A stretch of 62,232 nucleotides of DNA, filler included, from Rhabdomonas costata (taxonomy: Eukaryota): assembly GCA_019059605.1 (NCBI GenBank). It is 30 parts of 30 records of this genome, joined end to end, with 100 filler letters (N's around TTAATTAATTAA, not from the genome) between each part and the next. Parts side by side here need not be neighbours in the genome. Positions count along the whole stretch, not along the records: positions 22,864 to 24,841 come from JAHMHO010006790.1; positions 24,942 to 26,918 come from JAHMHO010006791.1; positions 27,019 to 28,996 come from JAHMHO010006792.1; positions 29,097 to 31,073 come from JAHMHO010006793.1; positions 31,174 to 33,148 come from JAHMHO010006794.1; positions 33,249 to 35,225 come from JAHMHO010006795.1; positions 35,326 to 37,302 come from JAHMHO010006796.1; positions 37,403 to 39,379 come from JAHMHO010006797.1; 22 more parts are not named here. One strand, given 5' to 3'. A model generated the notes under the pieces. The model was not told the DNA's origin and made no database searches. It saw only the letters and a program-made list of their open reading frames with translations. The position numbers and the translations under genes are program-made. This document shows positions 24,588 through 37,424 of this stretch, in pieces; position 1 is the stretch's first letter; every line of letters begins with the position of its first letter.

Positions 24588-25077
24588 GTAAGGCGCTTGG
24601 CTGTGGCTGAAGACACACACGAACTGTGCGGTGCATTTCTGTACGCATTTGCCTGCAATTCAGTCTCCGTGGCCTGCAATATTCCTTCGATTCAGAGGTT
24701 CCCTTGTCAGGGCCGTTTGACGGGGTGTTTTTCCGAAGCTACGCATCGTCACTGTCCAAAACGAAGAGTGCGCGACTTTCCTGTGTTGGAATGCGATTCA
24801 ACTCCGCGTTTCGGAATCGTATTCAGAATCGTGGGCATATCNNNNNNNNNNNNNNNNNNNNNNNNNNNNNNNNNNNNNNNNNNNNTTAATTAATTAANNN
24901 NNNNNNNNNNNNNNNNNNNNNNNNNNNNNNNNNNNNNNNNNTGTTTTTTTGGCATTCGTTGCTTTTTTTACATCGCTTTTCCTTCTATCGAAGAGTGACG
25001 TGCTCCCCGTATGTTCACCATTCCCACGAGAGCGCAAGCTAACAAAAGAGCGCGAAAAAATTGAGAGGCATGCTAAC

Positions 25078-26195
25078 CATCGACACGTTCGCAATGGGAA
25101 CGAAGGGGACCACGTCCATAGCTATGGCGAAACCCAAAGGAAGAAGAATAAGACACCGAGTAAAAAAAAGCAACGAATGCCAAAGAAAGCAACGCTCAGT
25201 TCTCAAACAGGAAATGAGAAATCGTGACCGCAATCGTCAACAGCCCGATTGTGATGCGAGGTTGCTGCAGTGCGCGCGGTGGTCACAATGCTGCGCGACA
25301 AGCAGAACTCTATTCCGTATCTCAATCTTAAAACTAATCACCAAAACCAAGCAACCGCACCGATCTGTGTCAAATCGCAATGCAGCCCAGGGGTCCAGGG
25401 TTACAAAACAAACACACCACGGAGAGCACGCGGGATCACTGACCTCCGATTCGGGGATGGCTTCCCTGGTGGGTGCGCATGTCAATCCGATCCTTCACCA
25501 CGCGAGCCGCACAGAGTGCGCCGTGAACCACGGCGTAGGGATCACCAACAAAAGTGTACACCTGAGATGCGAATTACAGGCGAATTGAGCGCAGTGAATA
25601 AAATCTCCCAGTTCACACGGGACCACACGTGGCCGGACTAGTCCCTGTCTGGTGCAGGGGGTGCAGATCAGAAGGCTACGTGTGAAGGCAACCTGAGAAG
25701 GCCAAGTGGATGGAAGAAGGAGATCAAACAACAGCTTGGCACTTGACATCTCCATAACATCTCCATATCTTGGCAAATTCAAAATGTGATTCCTGGGTTG
25801 TCCTAATCTGGCAGACCCCAAAACGCAAAATAAAGAAACACCACCCAAAAAGATGATTGTCAACCGAATGGTGACTTCACACTCCTGTACATGCGGTTCG
25901 AAAGCTTCGCGCACGTCAGACAAAAACATAAGATACGCGCAACCTAAACAACCATTGGAATTGAGTGAGATTTGTGTTGCCGCTCAAATCCAGCAACTAG
26001 TCTTCAAGTATGCACACGCAAACAGCAGACACGGGCGAGGAAGCTACGCACCGTGCGGTTGGTGGTGTTGCAGGAGTCGACGTCGAGCAAAGTGCAGCCA
26101 TGCGTGTCCTGAATGGCCTCTGTCACGGCGGAGATGCAGTCCTGATTGCGCCCCTCGCAGATGTTTATCACACACTGCACTATACGTGAGCTCAT
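25078..26195 (-). CDS. FTCD: Glutamate formiminotransferase(-cyclodeaminase), first 3 exons
   Basis: Exons 26195-26052, 25561-25444 and 25121-25078: [18 protein letters not shown]...[21 protein letters not shown]...[29 protein letters not shown]. The NRTVYTFVG and HxGxHPRxGAxDVxPFxP hallmarks are present. Confidence 0.94.
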
Positions 26196-27380
26196 CCCAG
26201 AGCACTGCTAACACACGCACGCAAGGGTATAGAGAGAAGGAGGGAAAGAAAGGGCGGCCTTCGCGGCCCTTTGGTGGGATACCAGAACACACTCGCCAAG
26301 GAAGTCAGGAGACAACCCAAACCCCGGCGACAAAGATAAGAGCGAAAAACAAGAGGAAAGCACTCTGCAAACACCTAGAATCAAAATGAGACACAGAGCC
26401 GAGCAAAGCCTCTGTGTGAAAATGCGCGTGCAGAACATGTGCGTGTCTGCTATACTCCTGTCAGCGTGCACCTTTCAGAGATGACGATGCACCTTCACTC
26501 AGTTCGATAGAAGTTTTTCACACGCTCAAACGCCCCGGCTCCATCCATCATCCTTTCTTGCGTCCCTGCGCGTGTTACTGTTCGCGCAGGGAGTAAAAAC
26601 CCTTCTTTGAAAAAACCTTCTTATACGTCAGAGGCATCGTTCCTTTCTGATGGATGATTCGGGTTTTGTTCAGCACCGTTCGTTTTCCTTTCTGTCTTTC
26701 TTTCGTAGGAAACACATGAGAAAATGTTCCACACGACTCTGAAGTTTCAAGGTGACATACCTGGTGCAACATTGCGGCAAGAATCATGGTTAACTCAGAC
26801 TGCTCCGACTGCTCTTTCAAGCAGATATTCATAACATGGCTGGTGACCCCACAACGCAGCAACAACACCTCAGAACGCAGCAACGACTTTGGTTGGAAAT
26901 AACTCCTGCTTTACATCTNNNNNNNNNNNNNNNNNNNNNNNNNNNNNNNNNNNNNNNNNNNNTTAATTAATTAANNNNNNNNNNNNNNNNNNNNNNNNNN
27001 NNNNNNNNNNNNNNNNNNGGTGGGGGGGGTTTCTAATGCGGCCGAAGCAGCGCATCTCTCTGACTTCCGGCTCCTGGCTACTGACTCAGTCCTGGTGACA
27101 AAAAAGCAAATGAGAGATTGATTAGGGTGACTGTCAGTCCATGGGACTGGCCTTCACCCTAAACGATTGCTGTTCCAGTCGTCCGCGCGTTCCCAGCAAC
27201 AGGCTAGAACTTAGCCAGCCAGAGTCAATTCTAAACGTGCTAAAAATACTCAACTGGAGATCACTGGCACAGTTTACCTCACCCCTCCTGCTCTAAAAAT
27301 CACATCACTTCGCGGGTTTGTAAGTTCGCCACAGCAAAAGGATTTGATGCCAACCCACCAGATATGGAGAGGCGGTGTAC

Positions 27381-28804
27381 CTTCTCAGGGCTGGAGGTTG
27401 TGGAGGAGGTGCCGAACCAGGACGCCGCCACGGCCCGCCGGAAGGAAGAAAGCGTGGAGGGCCGCGCGGCGGGCGGTGGCTGGGGCGCCAGCACCGCAGT
27501 CTGTGGAAGCAGAAAGGAAAGGAGTGGGGGGAAAACTGAAGACCGCGCGATGCTCATCACATTTTGCTCAATCTCTCTCTTCGATCTGGAAACTGTAACT
27601 TTCGTCTTGAGAGACGTTCTGGCAATGAAACACGGAGGTAGCCCATAGGAAAGCATAAAAAAAACACTGAAAATCGATAAAAGAACAATGGTGTGGCCTT
27701 AATCAAAGCTACAGAAAGTCTGTGAGTCATACGCCCCCTCCACCATCTGCCTCACCAACACGGCATGCCCATTTTTCTCTTAATTGTCCATACAGCACCA
27801 GAGTCCTGTTCTCTTTTGAGGGGTTGAAGAATCATCCAAAATGCGGTGACTTCCCCATGATCGGGTAGACTGCTTGAAAGTAGCAGGAAGGGATGGCGCA
27901 ACTGCATCCCAATGCCAGCCTGATGATTGGCACTGGAAATTCGTACAAATTGAAAATCACCCAGTGTGTCAGTGTGTGGCCCGACGCGAGTTGGTTTTGG
28001 GTTTCTCATGGAGTTAGAGGTCAACACACATCCCAGCAAAAGGCTTCTGCCCCAAGTCATTGCTTCGGTCAGTGGTGTGCGGTGTGTATAGTGTGTACGC
28101 CGCGATGCACACCCGGACAGTGGCGGGGTCCGTATCGGCGCTGAGCCCCATGACAACCACGGGGCTGCGGGGAGAGCCGACTTGAGGGTTGGCCGTCACC
28201 GAGGCCCCTGAGTAGGCCGCGGAGAGGGACTCCCCCGAGGGGGTCAGGGAGAGGGAGAGCGGCAGCGAGCTCAGCGAGGGCGAGAGCATAGGAGACTGTG
28301 CCAGCCGAGCCTACAGGACCGAAAACGTCTGTAAGTGTATGTGTGTGTGTGTTGGATTGTTGCTGACTAACTTTTGGTTTTCGGTCAGCTGAGAGGTGAT
28401 TGGCCTCACGGGTGCTCGCGAGAGCCATACCTTCGGAGCGAACGGCGCGGCGGAGTACCGGCTCACCGTTGGGCATTCCAGATTCGGTGACCTCCCTTCT
28501 GTCCCGCGGGTCCCGCGGGTTTTTACTGGAAAACCGCGCTTTTCCAATTTCTACTTTTGGTGGCTCACAAAGGGCCCCTTCTGAAGCAGCGCTCATCACC
28601 ACGTATTCACCGCGGGCATACAACATGCACACGCATTTGTGCACTTGGCAGGGCAGGGGTGAATTTTTGCAGTACATACGCATACACACACGGCACCCGG
28701 TCTGCGTCCGAGGCGGCAGCGAGCTGGTAGGCAGACGCGAAGACCTTCGCCCAGTGCTGCTTCCAGGCCTCCCGACTCTCTGGGTCTCCAGGCCGGGGCA
28801 GCCG
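27381..28804 (-). CDS. Three phase-0 exons of an unidentified Ser/Pro-rich protein
   Basis: Exons 28804-28697 (108 nt), 28310-28113 (198 nt) and 27500-27381 (120 nt), each bounded by YAG and GT and each a multiple of 3. Confidence 0.6.
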
Positions 28805-29096
28805 CTAAAAGAGCAGAGATGTCAACGCTTATCCCATCCCACGCTGACTTCAATATTACGTTGGGGTCATTGTCATCTTGACGGCACGTGTGTATGAGGT
28901 TGAGGGTTGAAACTAGCTGACATTGAGACCAATGGGAGAGGAATAAAAGGACTGGAAGTTGAAAATGCACCACAAGGGGGAAGTAGCGAAAAAAAANNNN
29001 NNNNNNNNNNNNNNNNNNNNNNNNNNNNNNNNNNNNNNNNTTAATTAATTAANNNNNNNNNNNNNNNNNNNNNNNNNNNNNNNNNNNNNNNNNNNN

Positions 29097-30393
29097 GGGG
29101 GGGCGCGTCGGAGCGATCGGCTGGCGTGTGGGTCTGCGCGGGCTTACGGTGCTGGACAGGAACGGAAGGCGGACCCAAGAGCCTGGGATGGTTCACCGTA
29201 TGGTTCAGAGCAGGCCCCAAGGGGGTGCGCTCTTCCTTGTGCCTTTCCTCCACTGGCACGCTGATCGCTGTAAGCTGACGTGGCAGTAGCTGCGGGGTGA
29301 AGCTCTTGAATCCCTGGCAAAGAAACAAAACAATCAAGTGCAGAATGTTCTCTCACCCCCTCCCCCGTTGGAATTTTGCCGAGGTTTTTGCTTTTTGCTT
29401 TTAACATTAATTACGGTGGCTTCAGTTTTTCCGTTTACTACGCCCTCTCTGGCCCCTGCTGCCGATCTTTCCCCAGCTCCAAAAATATCGAACAAAATGC
29501 GTAAAACTGTCCTAACTAGACGTGTTGCGGATAGCCCGAGAAGGAACAAGTCGGAAAGTCACACACGGTAGATGGAGCTGGAGCGGAGGGAACGGCCGTC
29601 GGGAGGGCGTCCCAGCGTACGTCGTTCGGTATGGTATTCTCCGTGAAGGTGGGGAGCTTCATAGCTCGGCAGACCTCGTTACAGACGTGGTTCTTGAAGA
29701 AATCCTTGATCCCCTTCAGCCCTGTGTCTGTATAGCCGAAACGGCCCTGCTCCACGCTCACCACGGCGGGATCCGTGTACGTCTCTCCCACTCCTTGGAC
29801 GTCGAGAATAATGTACCGGTGGGACGAGTAGACGTACGAAAAATGTGAGAATGCATTGGGAGTGCGTCGATTCGATTCCATCATCCCGAAGATGTTGTTG
29901 TGCTTCTCCCAATGCCCTGGCAGTGAGAAAACAAATACCCTCCGAGAACGGAAACGTTGACGAAGCAAGCACACCAATTGGTCGAAAACACGTAAGTGAA
30001 TGTGCCACAGTGTAAACAAGGAACACACACCCTCCAAGAACTTTTCAATGCTGTAATTGTGCTCTCCCAGAGTCAGGATTTGGTTGGGAACGAGGTATTC
30101 CACTGCCTTCGGAGGCGTCAAAGCATTGAAAGCCTGCGCGCACTCCGAAGCCATGTGAGCACAAACATAATCTTCCAGAAATGCATCAGAGCGAAGGTAG
30201 CGCTTTGCCACCATCTTGGGACCCCACTGGCCATCTTTTTCCTTGAAATAGGCGTAGAAGGCCTCACGGCAACCTCCGTGCGCAAATGGTCGCGACTCAA
30301 CGCGAACTTCATGAACCTCCGTGCGAAGAAGCTTAAAGCTGTCTCTCACCCCCAGGTCGTGCACTTTCAGGGTTCCCACTCCAACAGGCATTG
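29097..30393 (-). CDS. Alpha-kinase (eEF2K/MHCK-like), 3 exons, partial
   Basis: Exons 30393-30031, 29916-29567 and 29313-29097: PFAHGGCREAF, VAKRY, IEKFLEG|HWEKHNN, AFSHFSY, DVQGVG..YTDP, FGYTDTGLKGIKDFFKNHVCNEVC (Gly-rich and zinc-binding motifs). Confidence 0.95.
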
Positions 30394-30801
30394 CTACTGG
30401 CGGGATTCAAAAGATCAAAAGGAGCATTTCTGTGATCATGGCAATTTGCTCACCGTTCATCCGTGATCACCGAAAAGGAAAGAACCCAACGGCAAAACAG
30501 GCATCAGCACGAATTCCGTGTTCGAGTCCACTACAAGTTGGAAAAGCACGCGATAACAAATGGTAATAAATAATCGGCGCAGTCGGGACAGCGACACCGA
30601 CTGTCGTGGAAAACGACCCCCAGCTGGAAACTTGCGTCGACGGCCAAAGCAACAAACCTTGCCCTTCTTCGCATTGAATAGTAAGCTGATTTTCTTTGCT
30701 TCGAGCTGTGGCATCGCCCGTAGTTTCAGTGAACTTCACAGGTAAGGATTTACAAAAACGGGTTTCTAATGGTTCAACTCCGGAATTTGAAGAACAACAA
30801 T

Positions 30802-31073
30802 TGACAAAGCTCGATTTGAAAGTGCACTTTTTTCGGACAATAATTCCCCAGCTGGAGCCCCCTCTCCCCGGTTGGGTCAATGTTGGTTTTTATGGGAGAC
30901 TGGGCGCCCCATTGTGGAACAACATTGACCACTTGGGGAACGGGAGGCGTGCACAAGTTGTTCAGCAGCCCCAAAAGGGTCGAATTTGGCTTTTTCGGGG
31001 CAAAGGGGGCCAAAATCAAGGCAAAAACGTGGTTTTTGGCTTGAAATGGCAAAAAAAAAATTGATGAAAAATG
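30802..31073. repeat. Copy of a dispersed repeat with an internal inverted repeat
   Basis: CAACATTGACCAC (30920-30932) recurs at 43370-43382. TGACAAAGCTCGATTT (30802-30817) matches the reverse complement of 43292-43307 at 15/16. Internal IR 30875-30885 pairs with 30920-30930. Confidence 0.55.
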
Positions 31074-31413
31074 NNNNNNNNNNNNNNNNNNNNNNNNNNN
31101 NNNNNNNNNNNNNNNNNTTAATTAATTAANNNNNNNNNNNNNNNNNNNNNNNNNNNNNNNNNNNNNNNNNNNNCTTCATTGCTTTCTGTCGGCTATGGCG
31201 GGCTTTGGGGATTGATGACTATCCATTGCTGGAATGGCAGCACAAAGTGTTCGGCACGTTTCGCGGGGCAGGACAAGCCCATAGTGGTATGATTAGCTCG
31301 GGGAATTGAGGAACAATAAATGGGTGCTTGTTTCTGTTTTTCTGAGCTTTTCTCACTTTTTTTTATTCGTTTCGGACCTCCGCGGCCTCGACCGCGGCTG
31401 CTTCCTTGTTTAG

Positions 31414-32773
31414 AGCACTGGGACTTGACCACGGTAAAGATGCTGTGCCGGCTCAACGGCCTGCTGCTGAGTGTTGGAGTGGACCCCTCGCTGGGAAAGG
31501 CTGACCCTGCCCTCCGCTATACCGCCTCCCCCGCCAGCTCGGGTAAGGGAATTTTTCGGGATCTACAGGGAAGGAACGGTTGAAGATCGGATTGCAGCTT
31601 CTCTGCTGGTAACTACCACTGTGTTTGCGACTCGAATATAAGATCTGCATGCCGATGATGCCTCTGCTTTCGTTGGCCCGGTTTGAAGTTTTTTGTGTCA
31701 GCACTTGGTTTATTTCGCTGTTGCTGGGTGACAGACCTACTAAACGTGCATAGTCGCGTGTGTGCTGGAAATTTGCCGCAGGGATCCCTATTTTATTGGT
31801 CAGTGAATTAACCCCCTGATTTGGTTTTCCTCCGGTCCTTTATCGAAATCCTTGTGACCGAGGGAGTGGTCGCCATCATACCTTTGGCGCGTTGTATCGA
31901 ACTGTGGCTATTCTAAGCTTAGTAAGGTATCCCACCTGTTCTTTCTCGCTTTTCGCAGCTTACCAACACAAATCAACAAGGTGCTCCCGCCGCTCTTTCC
32001 CATTTTCTGTGATTCGTGTTGTCTGTTCTTTTACAAGCTTTCAGCACGTGTGTGTGTGTGTGTGTATTCATCTTTGGCGATACAGAAGAAAAGGCAAAAC
32101 GAAAGGGTAAAGGTTCGGCTGATGGGCTGAAGTGAGCTCGAAGATAGCAGCCTAACAAACTGTTTCGAACAGCGGAGCGGTTGAGCGTTCAAGTGTATGC
32201 GCACGTGGAAAGGGCTAATGGGCATGGGGGACGATTGTTTCTGTTGTATTCCGCCTGCTGTGCTCAGATCTGCACTCACCCCACCCTTCCGATCGTTCTG
32301 AGTGCCCACGAGAATGGCCTCGTGAAGCTCTGGGACTTGTCCTCCGGTTTGTATTTCTGGTCGTGGGTTCTGGGCATGGGTTCTGGGCACAATTAAAGGG
32401 CGTTCTGGGCTTGGGTTGCGGCGAAATTAGGTAGTGTCCTTATCCTCTATATCATTCATCGTATATACTACCGTTTTTTGTTCGTAAAAAAAGGTCCCCT
32501 TTTATGCCATCACAGCACTTACTTGTTCTCATGCTCCTGCTCCTCTTCATGCTCAGTTTTGGTTGGAGGTCATTGGTAACCCCCACCCTCGAAGTTCACT
32601 CTAAGCGCGCTGTATGCTAGGGTGTCCGTGGGTAAGTATGTGTGTTGATTTTGTAAATGGAGAAACTCTTGGGTTCATTGACACAGGACAGCTGATCGAT
32701 GCGATTCTGTGTCACCCCGAGGGGGCCTCTGACATCGCGGTGCACCCCAACCTGCTTTCTTTCTGCACCTCAG
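31414..32773 (+). CDS. Striatin-like WD40 protein, C-terminal repeats (partial)
   Basis: Exons 32268-32346 and 32687-32773: ICTHPTLPIVLSAHENGLVKLWDLSS|GQLIDAILCHPEGASDIAVHPN, resembling striatin SHPTLP...AHE...G.LI...H. A probable upstream exon starts at 31414 (HWDLTTVKMLCRL), but its join is unresolved. Confidence 0.72.
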
Positions 32774-33665
32774 GTGGATTCGGAGGCCTGCTGTGTTGTT
32801 CGTGAGTGAGAGAGAGAGAGAGAGAGGCCGACCGTGGGAGGCTTCTCCGTCCTTTCCCACGTGTCCAGTGTCATCCTAGCTCGTTGTGTTGAGAAATCCC
32901 CGTTTTTTTTTGCCGGATCCGAAAATTGTCGTCAGTCCTCCCTCTTGCTGCTTGCCGCCATACGTTGTCCACCTTTCTCGGAAGAGGCGTGCGTCGGCCC
33001 AGACATATTTTTAACATCTCTTTCTCTGTGCAGTTTCATACGAAGTGCAGTATGTTTCGTTTTGTGTCTAGTCTTGAATGAGGTGAACAACGTATGGCGG
33101 CAAGCAGCAAGAGGGAGGACTGACGACAATTTTCGGATCCAACAAAACNNNNNNNNNNNNNNNNNNNNNNNNNNNNNNNNNNNNNNNNNNNNTTAATTAA
33201 TTAANNNNNNNNNNNNNNNNNNNNNNNNNNNNNNNNNNNNNNNNNNNNGTTTTGGGGTATATCTCAAATGCAGTTCTGCCCTTCTTCTAGCGACATGGAG
33301 CGACACAAAGTACGAGCAAACTTCTAGAATAGTCCGTGGAACACCACCCCCTTCAGCTGAATAGCAATACAAGTCGTTTCCGGTGCGTCAAAAGAAGGGC
33401 AGAACTGCATTTGAGATATACCCCATCAATACGTTTTCTCTTTTTGCGTGAAGGCAAGTGAAAAATGGACCGGCCAGAGGAGGCAATGACAACGCGTAGA
33501 AAAAATAGAAAATGACCCTTGCCGCTTTTTCAGGAAGAGAGTAAGATCCAGCACAAGGCACAAAGTTTGGAAATGTGAATGTCAGGGCGAGAGGGAGGCA
33601 AAGAACTGGGAGAGGGAGGGGGACGACGGAAGGGCACAAAAAAAATTGAGAAGTCACAAGCAGAC

Positions 33666-33756
33666 CTCCTATCCCGCATTCGCACAGCGGCACCAGAACT
33701 GCAAGAACCACTGCCAAGGCGAAGCCATGCAAAGCTGTGAGTCCCGCCATTGCCAT
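33666..33756 (-). CDS. First exon of a secreted or membrane protein (signal peptide)
   Basis: MAMAGLTALHGFALAVVLAVLVPLCECGIG followed by G|GTCTG. Confidence 0.5.
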
Positions 33757-35417
33757 TTTTTCAAGGAAAAACTATCCCCTGAAAACGAACACGACAGATT
33801 CGAAGTCCAGCTGCATGCATCAGATAACGAAAACCGGAACAATCTGGGGAGGAGCGGAAGCCGCCCCTCAATGATGCTGAGCAAACACAAACCGAAGGAC
33901 TAGCAAAGGTACATTACTAACACAACTAACACCTACTCACGGAAAGGTTCAAAGCAAGGTTTCACACTCTTGAGGGATTTAACTAATTTAACAAACTTTA
34001 ACTCCCCAGTCATCCACCCCTTTCTAAGACATATTTCAAGGTGCACACGAAGCTCAATCGCTAGGGAAGAGGTACACACGCAAGCAAGATATCCACAGAG
34101 AGAAAGCAAAGCAGCCATTTCGAGTTCCGCTCACGGAAACACAAGAAGGAGAAATCCAAACGGCAGAGGAAGAGGAACCTGGAAAAACCTATCTTAGGGT
34201 AGAACTATAGGGCCAAAGCTGAGAGGTTGAAGCACTCGGGTCATCGGGTCTGACAAAGAACAAGTCCAAAGGAACAGGAGGGAATGAGAAAGGGCAAAAG
34301 CGACGCGGTTTTTGGGGTACTCTCAGACAAGTACAGCACTAAGAGAGAGAGAGAGAGAGAGGCGAAGAGGGGGTTGAAGAGGGGGTTGAGCACATAGTTT
34401 GGGGTGGCCACAGGCAGTAAAAGAGAACAGTGAAGCCCTGCTCAGTCGCTCGTGGCGGCTGTTCCCTCGAACGGATCTGCCGAGGGGTTTTCTTTCATCG
34501 GTTGAGGGCTTAGCATAACGAAAGCCACTATTCGGAAATTCCCAGACAATTCCCAGACGGATTCCGCACGATGAGAGTCTCCACAAAGCCCTCGTTACGC
34601 TACAAAATCCAGCCACATCGTGTAACAACGGAGCCCCAAAACACAACGACTAACTTGATCGGGTCGAAAATGCCAGACTTCAAGCAATTCTTGAAACATT
34701 AAATCCGTCAGTAAATGAATTTTTAAGGAAACGCTCTTTCTCCGTGGGGGAGTTGTTGTGGCGCCGAAGCTGAAGTTTGGCCTCGAGGAGTAATCAACAA
34801 GGACAGAGGCACAAAACTCACAGCACGCAGCTTTTGCATCACAACCATCATTATCCAATATCCCATAAAAGCGAAAGGGCTTTCAAACAAATCAAACACA
34901 AATCAAATAAATCCAATTGAAAAAAGAAGGGGATACAGGACAGGGGCGACTTGGTCCGTAAAGTGGTCTGTCCCATCACCTCTGTTGCGAGAAAACAAAA
35001 GTTTCCGAAGGAAATTGTTAATCTTGTGCCGCTTCTTTTTCGCTGCATACTACACGGGGGGTCCTGGTCCGCGACAGGTCTTCCTGGGGGATTGATCTCC
35101 AAGGGGTTGATGTCCCATACCACCTCGGTCACTCCCCTTTGGATTTCTCCCTGTGAGGTTATCTCAAGGGGGTAACATTTGCCAAGCCAGTCCCCTCCAT
35201 CCGCGCACTCCGAACCCACTTCTCANNNNNNNNNNNNNNNNNNNNNNNNNNNNNNNNNNNNNNNNNNNNTTAATTAATTAANNNNNNNNNNNNNNNNNNN
35301 NNNNNNNNNNNNNNNNNNNNNNNNNGGGTTTTGTGAGGAAGGGAAAGCGAAATAGACGCTGAGAATTATGTCTGGTTGGCCAACTTGTGTTGCAGCTGAT
35401 GCCGTGCTTTTCTGCAG

Positions 35418-35657
35418 GTTAAGGCGGCACATCGCACTCGGATCGATGCGGTGATGGAGCTGCTGCGGCTGGAGATGGCCGAGCTGAACGCCCTGGAGTG
35501 TCCTGGATCTAACATTGTGGCCTACGTGAACCGCACCCTGGCGCTGTTTGCCCAACAGCGTGCCAACATGGCGCAGATCCAAGAGCGCCTGGAGCACCTG
35601 AAGAAGTTGGTGATGGAGGAGGAGTCGATAAGCCACCATGTCTGCGAGGCTCGCTAA
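35418..35657 (+). CDS. Kinesin-13 C-terminal coiled-coil, terminal exon
   Basis: VKAAHRTRIDAVMELLRLEMAELNALECPGSNIVAYV...EEESIS matches the kinesin-13 tail pattern AHR..ID..ME....EM..L.....PGS....YV...EEE.lS. CTGCAG acceptor and TAA stop. Confidence 0.8.
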   Translation, partial: VKAAHRTRIDAVMELLRLEMAELNALECPGSNIVAYVNRTLALFAQQRANMAQIQERLEHLKKLVMEEESISHHVCEAR

Positions 35658-36419
35658 AGGGTGAGGCTCCTCGCAGCCATCGCGTTCGCGTGGTGGCCGT
35701 TCTGTAATTTATGCCCCAAAGTTAAAGTGGTGTCTGTGGTGGGGTGCTTTTTCTGTAGCTGTGCTAATCATTTTTTGTGACTGTGAGCATCTATGCGACG
35801 ATAGCGTCCACGCCAGCGAGATAGTGATGCCGTCTCCGTTTTTCCTACCCTGCATACGAATGTTTTGGTTGCCTCCTCAGGGTTTTTACGCCGAGCAGGC
35901 TGTTGATGTGCGCTGTTCCTCCAGTGCGTCGTGTTCTGTGCCTCACCGCAAATTGTTTCGCGTCTGCCTTGCACACTTTGCGGCACTGTCATTAGTGTTT
36001 TTGTCTTTGCCTTGTCAGTTAGCTTTCCACTGGTTCCTCTGTTAGAAGACGTTCATTTCATGCAGCGTGAGCTCTTCACACTGTGTGCGCGCCACTGCTA
36101 ATAGTTTGTGTTCGTGGTTTGCTTGCGCTTTGCTTCGGATGCGTGCGCCCAGTAAGTAAACGAGAAAATGGGGAATGCAATTGAATTACAAAAGGTAAAT
36201 GCGAAACGAAAAATGATCGCGTTGTTTTAACGCGTTCAAAAACACGGACGTCCGTTGCCTTTCCCCGCCTTGCTTTTCTCGGGTGCCTTTTGCTTACCCA
36301 CCTCCCTGCCCGGTTTCCTGCGGAGAACGTCCGTTATTATGCTCTGACAAGAGGGGCAAATAACCAGCAGCGGGCGCTGCAGAGAACCCCCGGCTAAAAA
36401 AACACGGTGTTGGCCCGCC

Positions 36420-37302
36420 AAGACATGAATCGATGAAGTGACCCTTTGATTCGGCAGGGACCCTGCTGTTTGCCGAAGGTCCTGATCCCAACCCCCCGGA
36501 ACTTCGAGCGCACCTACCAGGGGCGTCCCAACCACGTATCCGACTCGGCCCTCAAACGCTGGCCCACTGCCTTTGTCCCTGTCGGATTCAGCCGATCGCA
36601 AAGGCAATGCCAAGCGAGGCGTGGTCAAAATCAACGGTGAAACTGATGCCGCACAAGGGCATGGACACGCCAGACCATCAACGGGCTTCCGCTCAACCCG
36701 GCAGCACGCCGGCAGGTCAGCCCCGGTAAAAAAACGCGGCTGACTGGGCATCAGCGACCCCGGGGTAACGGTGTCCATGGCACGCCAGGCGATGCTAATA
36801 AGCACCGGAGACCACATTCTTCACCAGCGGTGCAACCCAATCACGCTGAAAGCGGAAATTGCGAGAGCCGCGCGTTTCTATGCGCAGCAGTGCGGGAAAA
36901 CAAAGCCGTCTGTGCCACAACCCGCGCCTCACCTCCAGCACGTCTTGACACTTGACTTCCACGGGGCAATCAAAGCACAATTTTTCGCAAGCTCGGGGGA
37001 AAACGCCTAGGAACGCCTGCTGTCTTTTCAGTCCCCGCTACCGCCCAGCTGGCACACTGGATCTAAATCATGGGTATCTATGGAGCCCAGTCAGTTCCGC
37101 GCAGCCCTAGCATGGCTGCTTGAAATGCTGCTGCCACCGCGGAGTGCAGACCGACACCGAAGGGAAGCACCTGACCAAATGCTCGGGATCGGGAACTCCC
37201 GCACGCTGACACAGTGTGCTCAAAGAGACAATGCGTGCCATCTGCAGAGACGGAAACATCCTGGCACTGAAGGAACAGCGCTTCCCGCAGCTTCCTGGAC
37301 TA
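36420..37302 (+). mobile_element. Decayed CRE/SLACS-like non-LTR retrotransposon fragment (post-RT region)
   Basis: Read across frameshifts and stops: LAHCLCPCRI..AKAMP, INGLPLNPAARRQVS, PVKKRG*LGISDP (compare QxxLPxxxGGLGI), ERLLSFQ, MEPSQFRAALAWLL. No introns. Confidence 0.7.
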
Positions 37303-37424
37303 NNNNNNNNNNNNNNNNNNNNNNNNNNNNNNNNNNNNNNNNNNNNTTAATTAATTAANNNNNNNNNNNNNNNNNNNNNNNNNNNNNNNNNNNNNNNNNN
37401 NNTTTATTGGGGGGGGGGGGGCAG

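Noticed and set aside
26495-26555. Possible minus-strand box C/D snoRNA (ATGATGG...CTGA)
   Set aside because: The C box is imperfect, there is no terminal stem, and I could not identify an rRNA target.
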